From contig JAYKHS010000022.1 in assembly GCA_035285865.1 (NCBI GenBank), positions 128,273 to 192,272 of the forward strand: a stretch of 64,000 bases of DNA. The letters run 5' to 3'. Source of the DNA: Candidatus Sericytochromatia bacterium (GTDB lineage: Bacteria; Cyanobacteriota; Sericytochromatia; S15B-MN24; VGJW01). Position numbers and translations under genes: made by a program. Positions 19,462 through 29,508 of the stretch are shown here, one piece after another; positions within the stretch are counted from its first letter, which is position 1, and each line of letters opens with the position of its first letter. The notes under the pieces were generated by a model, which worked only from the letters and a program-made list of their open reading frames with translations, made no database searches and had not been told where the DNA came from.

Positions 19462-20030
19462 CCCGTACTGTCGAGATCGAGCACAAGTTCGTGGTGCCGC
19501 CCGATTTCGACCGGGACGCTCTGGGAAGGGTCATGGAGGGCCTTGCTCCCGTGCGCCGGATTGCCCTTGACGTGGCGGATCGTTACTTCCTGACAGCTGA
19601 CGGCAAGGCGCGGCAGTACATCCTCCGGCATCGTTTCGATGACGAGTTGCACCACCTCACGATCAAGTCCTTCGGGGAGGATCCCGAGATGCGGGACGAG
19701 ATCAATCTGGACCTGGGCCATCATGCCGGCGACCAGGCGGCCACCATAGATGCTTTCGTGGGGCGCATGGGGGTCGTCTGGTCCGGTACCTTGTCCAAGA
19801 CCATCCGGGTGTGGGTCTTTCCGGATTGCGAGGTGGTCCACTACATCGCACGGGGTGGCGATCGGGAGGTCCATTGCGTCGAGTTCGAGGCAACCCGGAC
19901 CGAGGATCTGGCCGAGGCGATTGCGGTTCTCGAGCGATATGAACAGCTGGCGGGATTCGAGGCTTCCCGGCGCACGCACGATACGCTCGTGGATCTGATT
20001 TTTCCGGGTATTCTTCCGCGCCAGCGTTAG
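19449..20030 (+). CDS. CYTH (triphosphate tunnel) domain protein
   Basis: N-terminal EIEHKF (ExExK), DRYF, LRHR, LTIK, VEFE. Confidence 0.72.
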   Translation: MVALTRTVEIEHKFVVPPDFDRDALGRVMEGLAPVRRIALDVADRYFLTADGKARQYILRHRFDDELHHLTIKSFGEDPEMRDEINLDLGHHAGDQAATIDAFVGRMGVVWSGTLSKTIRVWVFPDCEVVHYIARGGDREVHCVEFEATRTEDLAEAIAVLERYEQLAGFEASRRTHDTLVDLIFPGILPRQR

Positions 20031-20132
20031 CGGCGGAAGATTGTTGCGCAACCATTAAAGCTAGCTTGCGCCGACTTGGTGGCGTCGATGGTTCCCTTGT
20101 GGAAGTCCGCAGAGGGCAACGGGGGGAGCGAC

Positions 20133-21035
20133 ATGACGGCACGTGCGATGACGGCATCGGCGCTCAAGGCGGATCAGGCCAGCGATGCGGCTGCCCGCAA
20201 GGCTGCTGCCGAGGCTGCCCGCAAGGCCGCGGAAGAGGCCGCGCGCAAGGCTGCGGAAGAGGCCGCGCGCAAGGCCGCCGAGGAGGCCGCCCGGCGTCCC
20301 CTGCCGACTCGGGACAATGAAGTGCGTGCGGCGGCTCGCGCCAACGACGGTGCTGCCCGCTCGTCCCTCCGGCTTGAGGAGCCGGCTCCGGCCGCGAAGG
20401 TGGCTCGGGGCGCCGCGGTGGATCATCACCACGTCGATCGCTACAGCGATGACGTGAAGGTCATGCAGCAGCGGATGCAGGCCGCCGGCATCAATCCCGG
20501 GCCGATCGACGGTCTCAAGGGGCCCCTGACGCGAGCGGCGATGGCGGCCTACGAGAAGAAGTTCGGGAAGTCGGCAGCCGAGGGCCTCAAGGTCGACCCC
20601 GCATTCGAGGAGGTCCCCGGAAGCGAACGGGTGGCCGCGGGCGGCGGGGTGGACAGTTCGGTCCTCGGCAAGGTTTCCGGCACCGTCAAGGAGTGGATTG
20701 CCGAGGCCAAGGAGATTCTGATTCGGGCGGGCGTGCCGGCGCACAGGCTCAACGAGGCTGCCATCGCGACCATCATTCGTCACGAGTCGGGGGGGAACCC
20801 CAGGGCTGTCAACAACTGGGACTCGAACGCGCGGAAGGGCACGCCCTCCAAGGGGCTGATGCAGACGATCCAGCCGACCTTCGATCGTTGGAAGTTGCCC
20901 GGCATGGACCAGATCATGAACCCGGTCCACAACATCGTCGCCGGCGTCCGCTACGCGCTCAACCGCTACGGTTCCCTCGAGAACGTGCCGGGTATCCGTA
21001 GCATGGCCCGGGGCGGGGCGTACAAGGGCTACTGA
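20133..21035 (+). CDS. lytic transglycosylase (SLT) with peptidoglycan-binding domain
   Basis: PG_binding-like DVKVMQQRM...PGPIDG..GP.TRAA; IRHESGGNP, SKGLMQTI, NPVHNI. Confidence 0.9.
   Translation: MTARAMTASALKADQASDAAARKAAAEAARKAAEEAARKAAEEAARKAAEEAARRPLPTRDNEVRAAARANDGAARSSLRLEEPAPAAKVARGAAVDHHHVDRYSDDVKVMQQRMQAAGINPGPIDGLKGPLTRAAMAAYEKKFGKSAAEGLKVDPAFEEVPGSERVAAGGGVDSSVLGKVSGTVKEWIAEAKEILIRAGVPAHRLNEAAIATIIRHESGGNPRAVNNWDSNARKGTPSKGLMQTIQPTFDRWKLPGMDQIMNPVHNIVAGVRYALNRYGSLENVPGIRSMARGGAYKGY
20190..20294 (+). repeat. 24-bp coding tandem repeat x4+ (AARKAAEE)
   Basis: GCYGCSCGCAAGGCYGCNG.. units at 20190, 20214, 20238, 20262. Confidence 0.85.
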
Positions 21036-21050
21036 ATCCGCTGCATCCTC

Positions 21051-21087
21051 GGGCGGTCCGGCCGATGGGTCGGGCCGCCCTTCATTT
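21051..21087 (+). terminator. intrinsic terminator after SLT gene
   Basis: GGGCGGTCCGGCC...GGTCGGGCCGCCC followed by TTCATTT. Confidence 0.6.
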
Positions 21088-21193
21088 CAGGCAGTTTCTG
21101 GCGCACCATCGACCGGGCGGAAGCGCGGTTCGAAGCGCTTCGCCCCGCTCGCAGGCCTGCACCAAGGGGCGCTTCGGAGAGGCCGGGCAAGGC

Positions 21194-22447
21194 TCAACGC
21201 TTGCCGACCCCGCTCTTCGCGAGGTGGTTGACCACGCTTGTCGCCGGTGCCCCGAAGTTCATGAGAATCTCGGCCTGGCTCTGGCCCAGAGCCGTCATGT
21301 CTCCGTAGAGCTTGCCCCCGAGGCCGACCCGGAAGTTCGGCATGACACCCTTCACGAGGGCTTCGGCCTGAGCATCGATCGACGAGGCGACGACCTGCTT
21401 CCAGTGGTCCGGCCGCAGCGCACCGGCCATGAAGCCCGTTGCCTTGACGGCACCTTCCTCGAAGTGGCGGTAGGCCTGGTTCTCGAAGGTCTTTGCGGTG
21501 TAGGTGAATGCCTCGTCGATTTCCTGACCCGTGAGCTTCGCGATGGGCCTGCCCAGACGCTCGCCCTGCGACGCGAGGGCCGTGGCCCGGTTCTGCAGGG
21601 TCTGCACCACGTGGACGTATTCATGCCAATCCGTACCGCCCCCCATCGTCTTGATGGAGACCTCGGTCGCGCTGGCATGGACCTCGGGCAGCATGCTCTT
21701 GCCGAACTTGAAGTCCATGCCATAGCGGGCCGCGAAGGGCTGGAGCCGTCCGAGGAAGGCCTCTGCCTCGCGGGCACCGAGCTTGCCGTTGTCGGGCAGG
21801 GTGCCGACGATGGCCTTGAGGTCGTCGGCGACGGCCGTTGCTGCAGCAGGCTTGGCCTTGAGCATGCCCTTGACGGCATCCTTGGCGACGCTGGCACCGA
21901 AGCGGGCTTCGCCCTGGCGGATCAATTGCTGGGCTGCCGCGCGTCGGGCAGAGCCATTGACCATGCCGCCCACGCCCATGAAGTTGGTGGCTGCGAGGCC
22001 TGCATCGAGCGCCGTCACGGCGGTGGCCTTGGCGAGGTCGGCACGGGTGGCGACGCCGGAACCCGAGAGGTAGCCCAGCTTGGCCGCGCTGCCCTCGAGC
22101 TCGGCCACGTTGGACATCTGCGCGAGGAACTTCATCACCCCGGCCCCGATCCGCTTGAGCTGGCCCAGTGGCTTCGCGATTCGTCCGTTGTCCAGATCCG
22201 CCTTGGCCTTGCGGGCGGTCTCATCCCAGAAACGGATGGCCGAACCGCCGATCCCGTCGCGCTTCGCCTCCTGATAGCTGGTCTCGGCGTCACGGCGCAC
22301 CTGAGCGCGCTGCAGTTCGAGCCGGTCCTGCACGGGTTTGAGCTTGGCGGTGCCCGGGCGCCTGCCAGCAGATGGGCGCGCTGCCGCGGCAGGGGCCTTT
22401 CCCGGCCGCGATGTCTGGGCTTTGGCCGAGGACTTCTTGACGCTCAT
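21194..22447 (-). CDS. hypothetical protein with zincin HExxH motif
   Basis: WHEYVHVVQ...FENQAY; strong GC3 codon bias. Confidence 0.65.
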   Translation of the reverse strand: MSVKKSSAKAQTSRPGKAPAAAARPSAGRRPGTAKLKPVQDRLELQRAQVRRDAETSYQEAKRDGIGGSAIRFWDETARKAKADLDNGRIAKPLGQLKRIGAGVMKFLAQMSNVAELEGSAAKLGYLSGSGVATRADLAKATAVTALDAGLAATNFMGVGGMVNGSARRAAAQQLIRQGEARFGASVAKDAVKGMLKAKPAAATAVADDLKAIVGTLPDNGKLGAREAEAFLGRLQPFAARYGMDFKFGKSMLPEVHASATEVSIKTMGGGTDWHEYVHVVQTLQNRATALASQGERLGRPIAKLTGQEIDEAFTYTAKTFENQAYRHFEEGAVKATGFMAGALRPDHWKQVVASSIDAQAEALVKGVMPNFRVGLGGKLYGDMTALGQSQAEILMNFGAPATSVVNHLAKSGVGKR

Positions 22448-22516
22448 CGGGAGTTTGCTACCTCTGGGGGAGTTGTCCGTCTCCCGGTCGGGCCCCCTGT
22501 CAGGATTGATGAGGAC

Positions 22517-22987
22517 TTAACGGTCGGCGAATCTTGCCGAGCCGAGCGCGCCTGCGACGGCGCCTGCCGCTCCTGCGGCCGCGACGGCCGGACCGGCAAT
22601 CACCCCCAGTTGGAGCGCGCCGATGGCGAGTGCGCCTGCGCCTACCCAGCCCCCTAGGATCGCTGCGCGTGGATTGCGGCCCAGAGCCGAGTCCTTGAGC
22701 GCAGGATAGACGGCCATGCCCGACAGGGCACCGGCAGCGAGACCGAGGCCGACCAGCTTGGGCGAGCGCAGGGCTGCACCAGCCAACGTGCCTGCGGCAC
22801 CTCCGGCCACGGCACCGAGGACGCCCGCCGTGCCCCAGCCTGCGGGCGTGCGCGCCTCGCGTGGGCTGGCCACGTATCGGTCCCGTCCGGTGCCGTGTAT
22901 GGTGCCAGCGACAATGTCCAACGGACCGGGAGCCACGCGGCCGCGCCAGGTCTGGGGCGCGCTGTTCTGGACGTGCAGTTCGGGCAT
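22517..22987 (-). CDS. small Gly/Ala-rich membrane protein (glycine-zipper-like)
   Basis: GVLGAVAGGAAGTLAGA, AAAGAAGAVAGALG. Confidence 0.55.
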   Translation of the reverse strand: MPELHVQNSAPQTWRGRVAPGPLDIVAGTIHGTGRDRYVASPREARTPAGWGTAGVLGAVAGGAAGTLAGAALRSPKLVGLGLAAGALSGMAVYPALKDSALGRNPRAAILGGWVGAGALAIGALQLGVIAGPAVAAAGAAGAVAGALGSARFADR

Positions 22988-23113
22988 CTTCCGGTTCCTC
23001 CGCGGGGCTTGTCCCGCCCCCATCTGCTTCGTCCGGATGGCTTCCCTCGCCCTTGCGGAAAAGCGGCCTCGGGGCCGGTATTCTTCAAGCGGAGGAAATG
23101 AAGGAAGCGGAAA

Positions 23114-24748
23114 TTATCCCGCGTTGGTCCTTCCCGGCAGTTCCCGGAAGAAGTCATGGCCCTTGTCGTCGATCAGGATGTAGGCCGGGAAGTCGACGAC
23201 CTCGATCTTCCACACGGCTTCCATGCCAAGGTCGGCAAAGTCCAGGCACGCGACCTTGCGGATGTTTTCTTCCGCGAGGATGGCTGCCGGGCCGCCGATG
23301 GAGCCCAGGTAGAACCCGCCGTGGCGCTGGCATGCCTCCGTCACCTGTGGGCTGCGGTTGCCCTTGGCGATCATGACGAGCGAGGCCCCGTGGCGCTGCA
23401 ACAGGTCCACGTAACTGTCCATGCGGCCGGCCGTCGTCGGTCCGAATGATCCCGACGGCTTGCCCTCGGGAGTCTTCGCAGGACCCGCATAGTAGATGGG
23501 GTAGCGCAGCAGGTAGTCCGGCAACGGCTGTCCTGAGTCCAGGAGTTCCTTGAAGCGCGCGTGGGCAATGTCGCGTGCCACCACGATGGTGCCCGTGAGC
23601 GAGAGTGCGGTCGCGACGGGATGCTTTGTCAGTTCGGCCCGCAGGGCATCCATCCCTTGATCGAGATCGATCGCGACCGCGGGCGTCGCAGGTTCGTCTG
23701 TGGCCATCGGCAGCAGGCGGCCAGGCGTGCGGTCGAGGTCCTCGATCCAGACACCATCGGCATCGATCCTGGCCTTGATGTTGCGGTCGGCCGAGCACGA
23801 CACGCCCATGCCCACGGGGCACGAGGCACCGTGGCGCGGCAGGCGGATGACACGGACGTCGTGGGCAAAGTACTTGCCGCCGAACTGGGCTCCGATGCCG
23901 ATGTCGTGGGCGGCCTGCAGCAACCGCTGCTCGAGGTCGAGGTCCCGGAAGGCCTGACCGTGGACGTTGCCCGCGGTGGGCAGGTGATCGTAATACTTGG
24001 TTGAAGCCAGCTTGACCGTCTTGAGACAGGCCTCGGCGCTGGTCCCGCCGATGACGAAGGCCAGATGGTACGGAGGGCAACCCGCCGTCCCCAGCGTGCG
24101 CATCTTGTCGACCAGGAAGGCAAAGAGCTTGTCGGGCGACAGCAGGGCCTTGGTCTCCTGGTAGAGGGCCGTCTTGTTGGCTGAACCGCCGCCCTTGGCC
24201 ATGAAGAGGAACTTGTAGGCCATCCCCGGAGTGGCGTGGAGATCGATCTGGGCCGGCAGGTTGGTGCCCGTGTTGACCTCGCGATACATGTCGAGCGGGG
24301 CCACCTGCGAATAACGCAGGTTCTCCTCGGCGTAGGTCTTGTGGACGCCCATCGAGAGGAACTCCTCGTCGCGGACGCCGGTCCAGACCTGCTGGCCCTT
24401 CTTGCCGACGATGGTGGCCGTGCCGGTGTCCTGGCAGATGGGCAACTGGAACTGGGCGGCGATCTCGGCATTGCGCAGCATCGTGAGGGCGACGGCCTTG
24501 TCGTTCGACGAGGCCTCCGGATCGCTCAGGATCTTCGCCACGGCTTCGTTGTGCTCGGCCCGCAACAGGAACGAGACGTCACGCAGGGCTTCGTTGGCGA
24601 CCAGGGTCAGGACAGCGGGATCGACCTTCAGGACGGGGGTGCCGTCGAAGTCGACGACGCGCACGCCTTCCTTGGTCACGAGCCGATAGCGCGTCGTGTC
24701 CTCGCCGATCGGGAAGGGGTCCTGATACTGGAATTCCTTGGTGGTCAT
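23114..24748 (-). CDS. fumA: class I (Fe-S) fumarate hydratase
   Basis: [39 protein letters not shown]. Confidence 0.95.
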   Translation of the reverse strand: MTTKEFQYQDPFPIGEDTTRYRLVTKEGVRVVDFDGTPVLKVDPAVLTLVANEALRDVSFLLRAEHNEAVAKILSDPEASSNDKAVALTMLRNAEIAAQFQLPICQDTGTATIVGKKGQQVWTGVRDEEFLSMGVHKTYAEENLRYSQVAPLDMYREVNTGTNLPAQIDLHATPGMAYKFLFMAKGGGSANKTALYQETKALLSPDKLFAFLVDKMRTLGTAGCPPYHLAFVIGGTSAEACLKTVKLASTKYYDHLPTAGNVHGQAFRDLDLEQRLLQAAHDIGIGAQFGGKYFAHDVRVIRLPRHGASCPVGMGVSCSADRNIKARIDADGVWIEDLDRTPGRLLPMATDEPATPAVAIDLDQGMDALRAELTKHPVATALSLTGTIVVARDIAHARFKELLDSGQPLPDYLLRYPIYYAGPAKTPEGKPSGSFGPTTAGRMDSYVDLLQRHGASLVMIAKGNRSPQVTEACQRHGGFYLGSIGGPAAILAEENIRKVACLDFADLGMEAVWKIEVVDFPAYILIDDKGHDFFRELPGRTNAG

Positions 24749-24903
24749 GGCCTTGCATGGTACGTCGGAGGGGCACGGAGGGCCAAGGGCGATGCGCCGG
24801 ATCCGGGGCGCCACCCCGAGGCATGCGGAGCAGGCCGGGGCTGCTATGATTCGGATCCGGATGCCCCTGTGGGCACTCCGTGGCGGCCCGGAGGAGTACG
24901 TTC

Positions 24904-25866
24904 GTGAAGAAGGTCCTGTGCATTGGCCCGAACGATGATGCCAGCCGCAGCATACGGGTGGAGGACGTACCGGAACCCGAGTGCCCGGATGCCGGTGTCC
25001 TCGTGGATGTGAAGGTTCGCCCGATCAACCCCGCGGATCTGTTGCTGCTCAACGGTCGCCATGTCTTCACCCCGAACTATCCGGAGCCCGTCGGAATCGA
25101 AGGGGTCGGCATCGTGGCGAAGGCGGGCCCTGCGTCGCACTTGAGTCCGGGGACCGTCGTGGCCCTGCCTTACGGGGGTACGTGGTGCGAGCGCCTGGCC
25201 ATGCCCGATGACGTCCTGCTGCCTCTGCCTGCCAACGTGGACCTGGATCAGGCGTCGATGCTCTGTGTCAATCCGTTCACGGCCGTGGGCCTGCTCGAAG
25301 GTGTTCCGGACGGGGGCACTGTCGTCATGAATGCAGCCAACTCAGCCATCGCGCGGCTCGTCCTCGGGGTGGCGCGTCGCAGGGGCCTTCCCCTGATTGC
25401 CGTGGTTCGTGACGAGAGCCAAGCCCCGGCTTTGCTTGCGGCTGGGGCCAAAGCCGTGCTGACGGACGGCGAGGATCTTGCGGCGCGTGTCGCCGAGGTG
25501 GCTGCCACCCCGGTCTTGCGTGCGCTCGACGCGGTTGCCGGGATGGCAAGCGGTCGGCTCTATGATTGCCTGGAAGAGGGTGGCGATCTGGTCGTCTATG
25601 GCCTGCTGGGTGCCGACGAGGTTCGTTTGCCGGCGGCGCGATTGGTCTTCCGGGATGTCGTGGTTCGAGGCTATTCCCGATTGCGCAACTATCGGGCCAT
25701 GACCCATGAGAGACGGGGCGAGATACGTGAGGAGCTTCTGGCCCTGCTGGCCGAGGGCACCTTGCGCACCGAGGTGGAGGCTCGCTATCCGCTGGAGTCG
25801 GTTGCCGAGGCCCTGCGGCACCAACAGCGTGCGGGGCGCCGGGGCAAGATTCTCCTCGTATCGTGA
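24904..25866 (+). CDS. MDR-family oxidoreductase (2-enoyl thioester/quinone reductase-like)
   Basis: PINPAD, GIEGVG, VNPFTA, NAANSA, GKILL. Confidence 0.85.
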   Translation: MKKVLCIGPNDDASRSIRVEDVPEPECPDAGVLVDVKVRPINPADLLLLNGRHVFTPNYPEPVGIEGVGIVAKAGPASHLSPGTVVALPYGGTWCERLAMPDDVLLPLPANVDLDQASMLCVNPFTAVGLLEGVPDGGTVVMNAANSAIARLVLGVARRRGLPLIAVVRDESQAPALLAAGAKAVLTDGEDLAARVAEVAATPVLRALDAVAGMASGRLYDCLEEGGDLVVYGLLGADEVRLPAARLVFRDVVVRGYSRLRNYRAMTHERRGEIREELLALLAEGTLRTEVEARYPLESVAEALRHQQRAGRRGKILLVS

Positions 25867-25897
25867 CCCGGCCAGCAACATCAGACGGAGAATCCAA

Positions 25898-26530
25898 ATG
25901 AAGATAGGTATCCTGGGAACGGGTCACGTTGGCCAAGCCTTGGCCAAGGGGCTCGAGGCGCTCGGGCACGAGATCGTGATCGGTAGTCGGACGGGTGACA
26001 GGATTGCCGCATTTGTCGCGGGCTCCGCGATGCGCGAGGAAACTTTTGCGGAAACCGCGCATCACGCGGAACTGGTCATCGTGGCCCTCAAGGGAGAGGT
26101 CGCGGAGGCCGTGGTGGCCTCCGTCGCGTCTCATCTTGTCGGGAAGGTCGTCCTGGACACGACCAACCCCATCGCCGGTTCCGCCGTCGATGGCATCGTG
26201 CCCTACTTCACTGGCCCGGGCGAGAGCCTTTTGCAGCGATTGCAGGCACTGGTGCCGCAGGCGCGCTTCGTGAAGTGCTTCAACTCGGTTGCGGCCCACC
26301 TCATGGTCCACCCTGACTTCGGGGGCCGTGTTCCGTCCATGTTTCTGTGTGGGGATGATGCAGAGGCCAAGGCCGTCGCGACATCCATCATCACGTCCCT
26401 GGGGTGGGCCCCTGAAGACGTTGGCGGGGCCGTGGCCGGCTCGGCCCTCGAGGCGCTATGCCAGATATGGTGTGCCCCGGGATTCCTGCGCAACGACTGG
26501 CACCACGCTTTCGCGGTCCTGCGCTCCTGA
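25898..26530 (+). CDS. NADP oxidoreductase (F420_oxidored family)
   Basis: MKIGILGTGHVG, IGSR, DTTNPI, VKCFN, CGDDAEAK. Confidence 0.88.
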   Translation: MKIGILGTGHVGQALAKGLEALGHEIVIGSRTGDRIAAFVAGSAMREETFAETAHHAELVIVALKGEVAEAVVASVASHLVGKVVLDTTNPIAGSAVDGIVPYFTGPGESLLQRLQALVPQARFVKCFNSVAAHLMVHPDFGGRVPSMFLCGDDAEAKAVATSIITSLGWAPEDVGGAVAGSALEALCQIWCAPGFLRNDWHHAFAVLRS

Positions 26531-26572
26531 GCCGCACGCGATGCGCCAGACTCGGAGGCGGGCAACGTCAGC

Positions 26573-28165
26573 TCATTCTCGGATTCCTAACTTGAACGGC
26601 AGGACATTGCTCATGCAATGGATGCCCCAATCCCGTTCGAGCGCGGTTCCGTCCTCGAACTTGCCCGAGGCATCGCGACCGTAGGTCACGGCACTGCGCC
26701 CGCCCACCGGGACGATCACGGCGTCCGGCAGCACACTGCGGAAGGCGTCCAGTGCCTGCTGATCTCGCGCCGTGAGCCGGTCCGGGTCAGCCGTTTCCGT
26801 CGGCATCAGGACAACGCGACGGCCATCGGGCAGGCTGCCCATCACCGTGTTCATGTAGCCCAGTTGGGGGCCGCCCCGCATACCGGGTGTCTGGGCCCAA
26901 CCCTCGACCTGCTGGTCTTGCATGCCTTTTGCTGGATATCCCTGTTGGAAGCCGGGCAGCGTCCGGGGCTCGAATCCGGCGGCACGCAACTGGTTCTTGA
27001 TGCTCGGATCTGCAGTGGCCAGATGCTCCCCGACAAAGGCAGTACGACCATCAGGGGACAGCACGGCGAGGTCCGAGTGGTACACATACGAGCGCATCGG
27101 CACCTTGAGGTCACCCAGTTCCTCGAAGCGCGCACGAACCTCTGGATCGAGGGAGGCGCGATCCTCGGGGGACATCGAGGCCAGAGCCTCCTTGTAGGTC
27201 ACGGCCCCGTACCCGACTGGGGCCATGGCGTCCAGCGGCACGCCCGCATCGCGCATGCCGCGCATGGTGACGTCGAGGGCCTTGAGGAAGCCACCGGGCG
27301 TCGACACGTCGATGGACCGGGTGGTGGCCACGCGATCGACCGTATACCTGCTGAAGATGGCGGCTTGCGTTCCGTCCGGTCTGGTCAGGAACTGGGTATC
27401 CCCACCTTCCGAGATGATGTCGCTGACCCCGGTCTGGATGCCCAGCTCGTGCGCGAGCATGGCGGCCCCGTCGCGAGTCGTCTTGCCGGCCCAGTGCCGG
27501 GAATCCGGGATGCCGTCGGCATCAGGGCGCCAAGTATCGGGTCGGGCACTGCGGTCATTGGGGGTGAACAGCGTCGGCTCGCCGTTCAGCATCCCTGCGA
27601 GAAACTCGTCCTGGGGGAACGCCGCCATATCGGAACGAACCGGGTGGACATTGGCCTCCGGGACACCCAGTCGTGCAGCCAGACGGTTCCTTTCTTCGAG
27701 GAACCGCGGATCGGCAGGGCCATCCATCGGTTGGCGGGTGGGCACCACCAATTGGATCTCGGGATTGGCCTTGACTGCTGCGCGAGCGAGGAAGCCGGGA
27801 TCCAGCCCGTCGCCCTTCAGGGTTTCGGAGTTGAGGACCATCGCCGAGAAGGGCACGTCATTTTCGCCGAAGAAGCGTTGGTCACGCGTGCCATCGGCCA
27901 ATCGGGCAGCGTAGAGGCCCTCGCCGATGCCGCTGCGTTGCACCGTGTCGCTTGCCCGCGCAGACGGCAGCGCGCGGATTGGCTCCTCCAGCGCGAGACC
28001 CGTTCCAAGGCCACGGCCCCGACCGACGACCGAGTTGTCCTTTTCCAGTTTCAGGGGGCCGGTGCCTGACGAGGAAAGCGTCGTCTCCGGCTCGACAGGG
28101 TTATGCGCTGCAGGTCGAGCGGTCAAGGGTGTCGGTTGGAAGAGCGGGTCGATCGGCGTTGTCAT
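26573..28165 (-). CDS. pentein/amidinotransferase superfamily enzyme (protein-arginine deiminase-like)
   Basis: FPQDE, EGGD, YHSD, YMN and C-terminal GIHCMSN, in the canonical order. Confidence 0.62.
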   Translation of the reverse strand: MTTPIDPLFQPTPLTARPAAHNPVEPETTLSSSGTGPLKLEKDNSVVGRGRGLGTGLALEEPIRALPSARASDTVQRSGIGEGLYAARLADGTRDQRFFGENDVPFSAMVLNSETLKGDGLDPGFLARAAVKANPEIQLVVPTRQPMDGPADPRFLEERNRLAARLGVPEANVHPVRSDMAAFPQDEFLAGMLNGEPTLFTPNDRSARPDTWRPDADGIPDSRHWAGKTTRDGAAMLAHELGIQTGVSDIISEGGDTQFLTRPDGTQAAIFSRYTVDRVATTRSIDVSTPGGFLKALDVTMRGMRDAGVPLDAMAPVGYGAVTYKEALASMSPEDRASLDPEVRARFEELGDLKVPMRSYVYHSDLAVLSPDGRTAFVGEHLATADPSIKNQLRAAGFEPRTLPGFQQGYPAKGMQDQQVEGWAQTPGMRGGPQLGYMNTVMGSLPDGRRVVLMPTETADPDRLTARDQQALDAFRSVLPDAVIVPVGGRSAVTYGRDASGKFEDGTALERDWGIHCMSNVLPFKLGIRE

Positions 28166-28271
28166 GAATTTCCCCTACCGCCGAAGGCTAACCTTGAATC
28201 AAGGGCGCCAGGGTCTTGCCCCTGTCGCTGGTGTGATATCGCCGCTCTGGAACGAGGTTACTCCCCCGTGC

Positions 28272-29339
28272 TCAGGCCAACCTCGGGTAGTCGACGTACC
28301 CCTCGGGTCCTCCACCGTAGAAGGTCCTCGTATCCCACGGGTTGAGGGCGGCTCCCACCGCAAAGCGCGCCGGCAGGTCCGGATTGGCGATGAAGGCCTT
28401 GCCGAAGGCCACCGCATCCGAGCGGCCCGCCGCCACGTCAGCCTCAGCCGTCTCGCGGGTGAATCCCTCGTTGGCGATGAAGGGGCCTCCGAACTGCTCG
28501 CGCAGCCAAGGACCCAGGCGGTCTGTGCCCTCGTGCTCGCGGGCAAGGAGGAAAGCCAGCCTGCGTCTGCCCAGTTCGCGAGCAACGTGCCCGAAGGTCT
28601 CACGGGGGTTGCTGTCGCCCATGTCGTGAGCATCGCCGCGAGGTGCCAGATGCATCCCGACCCGACCAGCCCCCCAGACCGAGATGCAGGCGTCGGCCAC
28701 CTCGAGCATGAGGCGGGCGCGGTGGGCGGTCGTGCCGCCGTACGCGTCGGTCCGCCGGTTCGTGCGGTCCTGCAGGAACTGGTCGAGCAGGTAGCCGTTG
28801 GCACCATGGATCTCGACGCCATCGAAGCCAGCGCGAAGCGCGTTTTCGGCACCGTGGCGATAGGCTTCGACAATGCCCGGCAGTTCGTTCGTTGCGAGGG
28901 CTCGTGGTACGGGATAGGCTTCCTTGCCGTGCGGCAGACGGACCTGGCCATCTGCGCCCAAAGCGCTGGGGCCGACCGGCTGCGCTCCGTTCAGGTACCA
29001 CGGATGCGAGATTCGCCCGACATGCCATAGCTGAAGCATGATCCGCCCACCGGCCTCATGCACGGCCCGGGTGATGGCCTGCCAACCCTGGACCTGCGCC
29101 TCGGACCAGATGCCCGGCGTGTCCGGGTAGCCCACGCCCATGGGCGTCACCGCCGTGGCTTCGGCCAGGATCAGGCCGGCTGAAGCCCGCTGCACGTAGT
29201 AGTCCCGCATCAGGGGGGTGGGCACGCGGCCCTCGCCCGCGCGACAGCGGGTCAGCGGGGCCATGACGATGCGGTTCGGCAAGGTCAGGTCTCCGAGGCG
29301 AAGGGGGGAGAATAACTGCGCGACGGTGTCCATGGGCAT
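28272..29339 (-). CDS. Old Yellow Enzyme alkene reductase (NemA-like)
   Basis: NRIVMAPLTR, QLWHVGR, EIHGANGYL, IANPDL. Confidence 0.95.
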   Translation of the reverse strand: MPMDTVAQLFSPLRLGDLTLPNRIVMAPLTRCRAGEGRVPTPLMRDYYVQRASAGLILAEATAVTPMGVGYPDTPGIWSEAQVQGWQAITRAVHEAGGRIMLQLWHVGRISHPWYLNGAQPVGPSALGADGQVRLPHGKEAYPVPRALATNELPGIVEAYRHGAENALRAGFDGVEIHGANGYLLDQFLQDRTNRRTDAYGGTTAHRARLMLEVADACISVWGAGRVGMHLAPRGDAHDMGDSNPRETFGHVARELGRRRLAFLLAREHEGTDRLGPWLREQFGGPFIANEGFTRETAEADVAAGRSDAVAFGKAFIANPDLPARFAVGAALNPWDTRTFYGGGPEGYVDYPRLA

Positions 29340-29508
29340 GGAGCATCTCACGACAGCGGACATCGGACACTGGGGGACTGGGTGGGCTCCGGGGCTTGAA
29401 GAACTGGCGTTGCCGTGGACTTGCCCATCTTCGCCCGGGCCCTTGGCTCTGACCGGGGGCGTGACGATCGTCTCGGCACCCGAGGATGACCTGCGCTATC
29501 CTCGCCTC

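Noticed and set aside
20190..20294. Possible CRISPR-like repeat array
   Set aside because: Contiguous in-frame coding repeats with no spacers and no cas genes.
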